Below, one piece after another: positions 6,396-9,856 of a stretch of 9,856 nt of DNA. The notes under the pieces were generated by a model, which worked only from the letters and a program-made list of their open reading frames with translations, was not told the DNA's origin and made no database searches. Location of the stretch: the NCBI GenBank assembly GCA_027031765.1, contig JALVPN010000184.1:1-9856 (forward strand), read 5' to 3'. This DNA comes from Promethearchaeota archaeon. GTDB lineage: Archaea > Asgardarchaeota > Thorarchaeia > Thorarchaeales > Thorarchaeaceae. Every line of letters begins with the position of its first letter. Position 1 is the first letter of the stretch. Position numbers and translations under genes: made by a program.

Positions 6396-8987
6396 TTGAA
6401 GAACTCCTGTGCTGCGTTGCTGGTCATCCTAGTATCTCTCCTACAAGTCCCTGTGTTATCAGTACCTGTACACTCTGCCATCACTCCCGCCCTAGGAGGT
6501 GGCGCTCCAGTGGGATACACGCCCGCTGATACGCCCGATGTCCCCCTTGCCCTCGACCGCGTCGTGTGGTGTTCAAACCACATGCCCAACCCTGGCCTGG
6601 AGGACTGGAACACCCCACACAGGCCTGACAGCATGACCGTCACTGTTACGCGGGACATCTACGAGTGGTATGCATCTGCGCCGTGGCCAGTGGCAGAGGG
6701 CTCACAGTCCGTGGGGATGCAGGCAAGGGCCCTCAACACATATGACACCGCGGTTGTGGTACTGTCCCAGTCGTCGTGGGCATGGATCTCGTCGCCCGTC
6801 AATGTCACCATGCGCTTCTCGTGGTACATCGACGAGGTGGTGGACCCGACCGATGGTGACAGCTTCAGGCTGGAGATCCGCTCTACCACATCAGGACGGC
6901 TGACGTACCTATTGGGCACTCCTGACAGCCGGTACACGAACAACACCAACTATGGGTACATATACCTTAACGGACCGCTGAAGGCGTGGAACCTCTTCGA
7001 CAGGAACATCACCGCCGACTTCCTGGCGGTATTTGGGACTGTGCCCACCCAGTTGCGCGAGTTCACGTTCACTCTTGAGTCAAGGGTACCAGGCCTGACA
7101 CGCGCGTTCCTCGACGACGTCTGGTTCTTGAACGGCACGAGCGTCGTGGTGGGCGCCTCGGTCAAGAACGGTGACTTTGAGTCGCATGGGTCCTGGTACA
7201 TGGTGTCACCCTCTGGCCCTGCGGAGGTCTCGCAGTCATCTTACGGTGTCCAGGGACAGTACTGTGCGGACCTGACCGCCATTGGTAACGGCAACACGAG
7301 CTATGCGTACGTGTACACGCACATGAAGGCAAAGGTCGGCCCCGAGGACCCGGGCCTGTTCTCTATGGCCTGGGAACTGAGCAACTGGTCGCCTGCCCCG
7401 TCAGACACCTACGCAGCTGTGGTCATAGAGCTCACCAACAGCACATCCGACTTCAGTATCATGTACCCATTCGCATATTCAGGGGACGTGCTGACACTAG
7501 CAGGGCCTAATGATATCATTGTCGTCCCAGAGGGCTTCAACAAGTCAGGCATGTGGACGCTCCTCAACAGGTCGCTGTGGCACGATGTGACATCTGCTGT
7601 CAACACGAGCACTGTCTGTGTTACGGGGTTCAAGGTCCTGGTGAAGACCAGCTCGCCCGGTACATCGGTGACCCTCCTGATAGACGACCTCTCCTTTGTG
7701 AGTGCGACCCTCGGTGACAAGGGTTATGAGGACCAGGGCCCGGTGGGCACTCCAGTAGACGTGTGGCCCGTGGGCGATAGCAACCCGTACCTGCAGGTAA
7801 CAGACCAGTCGTTCTCTGGTGACAAGGCACTCCACCTGCTCATGACCGATGATGAGTACATGGGCGAAGAACAGACCGTGGCCGGCGTCCCGCTTACAGG
7901 CTCCACAGACCTCTATCTGGACTTCAAGCTCTCCCTGCTGAATGTCTCGGGCCCCGAGCTGGCCGGAGCAGCCTTCGAGGTGTGCTTTGCAGACGGACGC
8001 ACACTCGTGTACCTCCTTGCGAACAACTCTCCCTACTACGATGCCGACGAGTACGTCGGAGTCTTCCCGGTCGAGGGGCACGGTCTCGGCGGTGGTTGGT
8101 CGCGGGTACAGAGGGGCCTGCTTGACGACTACCGGAGATACTTCGGTACCACACCCAACACGACAGTGGAGTACGTGTACTTCACAGCCCAGGCGGGGAC
8201 CAATTCCTCCGTGGAACTGCTGCTTGACGACATGTACATGTACGTAGACCCGGAACCGTTGGTCAGCGGTGTTGTGCACTCCCCCGTGACACCCGAGGTG
8301 ACAGAGGACGTCACGGTCCGTGCTACAGTGTACGACCCATCTCTCCAGGCTGTAGTCCTCCACTACAGGACTGACAGCGGCCCATGGATTACTACCACCA
8401 TGACCGGTGACGGGACATGGCACTTCACAGCCATTGTCCCGGCCCAGCCGCTCGGCACCACCGTTCAGTACTATGTCAGTGCGAACGACTCCGCTGGCAA
8501 TGTCGTGGAGGCGCTGAATGGGTCAGCGTTCTTCTCCTTCACGTTCAACGACACTGTGGCACCTGTCGTATCATTCAGCCGGCCGGCCAATGGGACCACT
8601 GTTTCCGGTGTCGTGACAGTAAATGTCACCGCCTCCGACGTGGGGTCCGGCATCAGGGGGCTCGTGCTCTTGGTCGACAACAGTCCGGTCGCGCAGTCGC
8701 ACTCCGACGTGCTCACATATGACTGGGACTCAAGTGAGGTGTCACCGGGACTGCACACGCTGTCCGCCATAGCCACGGACAACAACAACAATACGGCTGG
8801 GGCCAACATTGTTGTCACCGTCAGCGCACCGACGACGACTGTGCCAACGACCGGGACGGGCAACACCACTACATCGACCACTCCGCCTCCAGAGGCCAAC
8901 GTCCTGCTGCCACTCGCTCTGGGCGGTGTGGTTGCGGGCACTCTAGTCGTGACCGCTGTCATCTGGATGCGCAGGCGCCGCAAGTAG
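6396..8987 (+). CDS. Cell-surface glycoprotein: 3 tandem CBM-like jelly-roll domains + 2 Ig-like domains + Thr-rich linker + C-terminal TM anchor
   Basis: The probable start is TTG 6396 (MKNSCAALLVILVSLL..., signal-like) with GGTGA 5 nt upstream; the ORF track uses ATG 6369. Three ~180-aa repeats begin NPGLE/NGDFE/DKGYE and end FLDDVWF/LIDDLSF/LLDDMYM. About 20 N-x-S/T sequons by manual count. PTTTVPTTGTGNTTTSTTPPP linker, then a TM helix and RRRRK. No catalytic motif recognised. Confidence 0.9.
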   Translation: MKNSCAALLVILVSLLQVPVLSVPVHSAITPALGGGAPVGYTPADTPDVPLALDRVVWCSNHMPNPGLEDWNTPHRPDSMTVTVTRDIYEWYASAPWPVAEGSQSVGMQARALNTYDTAVVVLSQSSWAWISSPVNVTMRFSWYIDEVVDPTDGDSFRLEIRSTTSGRLTYLLGTPDSRYTNNTNYGYIYLNGPLKAWNLFDRNITADFLAVFGTVPTQLREFTFTLESRVPGLTRAFLDDVWFLNGTSVVVGASVKNGDFESHGSWYMVSPSGPAEVSQSSYGVQGQYCADLTAIGNGNTSYAYVYTHMKAKVGPEDPGLFSMAWELSNWSPAPSDTYAAVVIELTNSTSDFSIMYPFAYSGDVLTLAGPNDIIVVPEGFNKSGMWTLLNRSLWHDVTSAVNTSTVCVTGFKVLVKTSSPGTSVTLLIDDLSFVSATLGDKGYEDQGPVGTPVDVWPVGDSNPYLQVTDQSFSGDKALHLLMTDDEYMGEEQTVAGVPLTGSTDLYLDFKLSLLNVSGPELAGAAFEVCFADGRTLVYLLANNSPYYDADEYVGVFPVEGHGLGGGWSRVQRGLLDDYRRYFGTTPNTTVEYVYFTAQAGTNSSVELLLDDMYMYVDPEPLVSGVVHSPVTPEVTEDVTVRATVYDPSLQAVVLHYRTDSGPWITTTMTGDGTWHFTAIVPAQPLGTTVQYYVSANDSAGNVVEALNGSAFFSFTFNDTVAPVVSFSRPANGTTVSGVVTVNVTASDVGSGIRGLVLLVDNSPVAQSHSDVLTYDWDSSEVSPGLHTLSAIATDNNNNTAGANIVVTVSAPTTTVPTTGTGNTTTSTTPPPEANVLLPLALGGVVAGTLVVTAVIWMRRRRK

Positions 8988-8999
8988 CACCTCTCCCGG

Positions 9000-9025
9000 C
9001 TGCACCACCGACATCCGGAGTGCAG
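9000..9025. terminator. Possible hairpin between convergent genes
   Basis: CTGCAC (9000-9005) ... GTGCAG (9020-9025) inverted repeat in the 39-bp gap between two convergent stop codons. There is no clear T-tract. Confidence 0.2.
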
Positions 9026-9026
9026 G

Positions 9027-9665
9027 TCAACTCAGGAGGGCGAAGGCGCAGCTGTGCAATGGGCACGGCGCCGTCGCACCAGTACGGGCAACACAGGTGC
9101 GGTCTGCTACGGGAGTCTCACGGGCCCTCGTCAGGTCCGTTTCTACGAACGCCTCCGCATACCAGTCGTTCAAGAACTCTAGTATCAGCTCGTCGTCCTC
9201 AGGCACCAGCTCCCTGATCTGGACGGCACGTCCGACTGACAGGGGCTCCCACTTCCTCACCACGACGACAAGAACCGCGACCATTAGTGCCGGAGGTCCC
9301 ATCAGGATCACAATGATTAGTGGCCATAGCACCTGCAGAGGAGCGATGATGGGCACGACTACTACGAACAGGAGTGACGGCATCAATTGGACAGCAATAG
9401 CAGTGGCTACGGCGAACAGCGGGACCAGGAGTCTTGCCCGGCTCTCATCGTTGCCGCCGGGACCGTGGCGCTCGCACGCGAAGGGCTCTATGTAGTACAT
9501 GCGACCGGGCACCCACCGTGCAGTACGGGCCTCTCTACTACGGGTGTCCCCCGGGATTCGTTTCCCTATGCTGCACCTGACAGTGGCCGGCTCACCGCAC
9601 ACGGGACATATCTGCGGGAACACGAGGCCCTCCATTGGGGCCCTCACTCGCACATGGCCCGACAC
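9027..9665 (-). CDS. Membrane protein with N-terminal Zn-binding motif (CPVC-x40-CERH) and a 2-TM hairpin (212 aa)
   Basis: GTG start with a strong GGAGGT 5 nt upstream. Contains FPQICPVCGEPAT...FACERH, a long hydrophobic hairpin, and a soluble C-terminal segment (LILEFLNDWYAEAF). Confidence 0.85.
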   Translation of the reverse strand: MSGHVRVRAPMEGLVFPQICPVCGEPATVRCSIGKRIPGDTRSREARTARWVPGRMYYIEPFACERHGPGGNDESRARLLVPLFAVATAIAVQLMPSLLFVVVVPIIAPLQVLWPLIIVILMGPPALMVAVLVVVVRKWEPLSVGRAVQIRELVPEDDELILEFLNDWYAEAFVETDLTRARETPVADRTCVARTGATAPCPLHSCAFALLS

Positions 9666-9670
9666 AGAAT

Positions 9671-9676
9671 ACCTCC
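9671..9676 (-). promoter_or_regulatory. Shine-Dalgarno GGAGGT for the GTG start at 9665
   Basis: The plus strand has ACCTCC at 9671-9676, with a 5-nt spacer to the GTG. Confidence 0.7.
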
Positions 9677-9856
9677 CTTGAACCCTGACCGGTACGGGTT
9701 GCAGGGCCGCAGGATATGAGTGTTTTCCAGAACGCGGCTCTGTGGAAAAAGTCGATGACGTAATACAAAGTGATGTGACCAGACTGACTGTATCTCACAG
9801 ACTATGACCTACTATAGACTATACGATACAGCCAAGTCTCGTCACACCCTGTTCTT

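Noticed and set aside
7545-8423. 292-aa minus-strand ORF
   Set aside because: Entirely antisense to the surface glycoprotein. It is His/Val/Gln-rich as expected from reverse-complemented biased codons.
8471-8983. 170-aa minus-strand Val/Thr-rich ORF
   Set aside because: Antisense shadow of the Ig domain, Thr-rich linker and TM tail.

Overview
GC-rich archaeal-looking window. I infer Asgard, most likely Thorarchaeota, from a longin-type gene, a characteristic Ig-like repeat, C-terminally anchored surface proteins rich in N-glycosylation sequons, and GGAGGT/GGTGA ribosome-binding motifs. From left to right: (1) a tightly coupled minus-strand operon of two small, apparently paralogous 3-TM proteins and a longin-like protein that runs off the left edge and is missing from the ORF track; (2) a ~500-bp intergenic region with palindromes and a 14-bp direct repeat bracketing a hairpin that resembles a single CRISPR-type repeat; (3) a decayed pseudogene of a ~140-aa membrane protein, with 3 frameshifts and 2 nonsense codons; (4) a 2-TM + zinc-ribbon protein; (5) a 1137-aa membrane-anchored papain-family (C1A) cysteine protease with an intact catalytic set and an apparently nested Ig/jelly-roll/jelly-roll stalk; (6) an ~870-aa non-catalytic surface glycoprotein with three tandem CBM-like jelly-roll domains; (7) a convergent Zn-binding 2-TM protein. 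I found no rRNA, tRNA, transposase or multi-repeat CRISPR array. All family calls come from motif recognition by eye; no database search was run.
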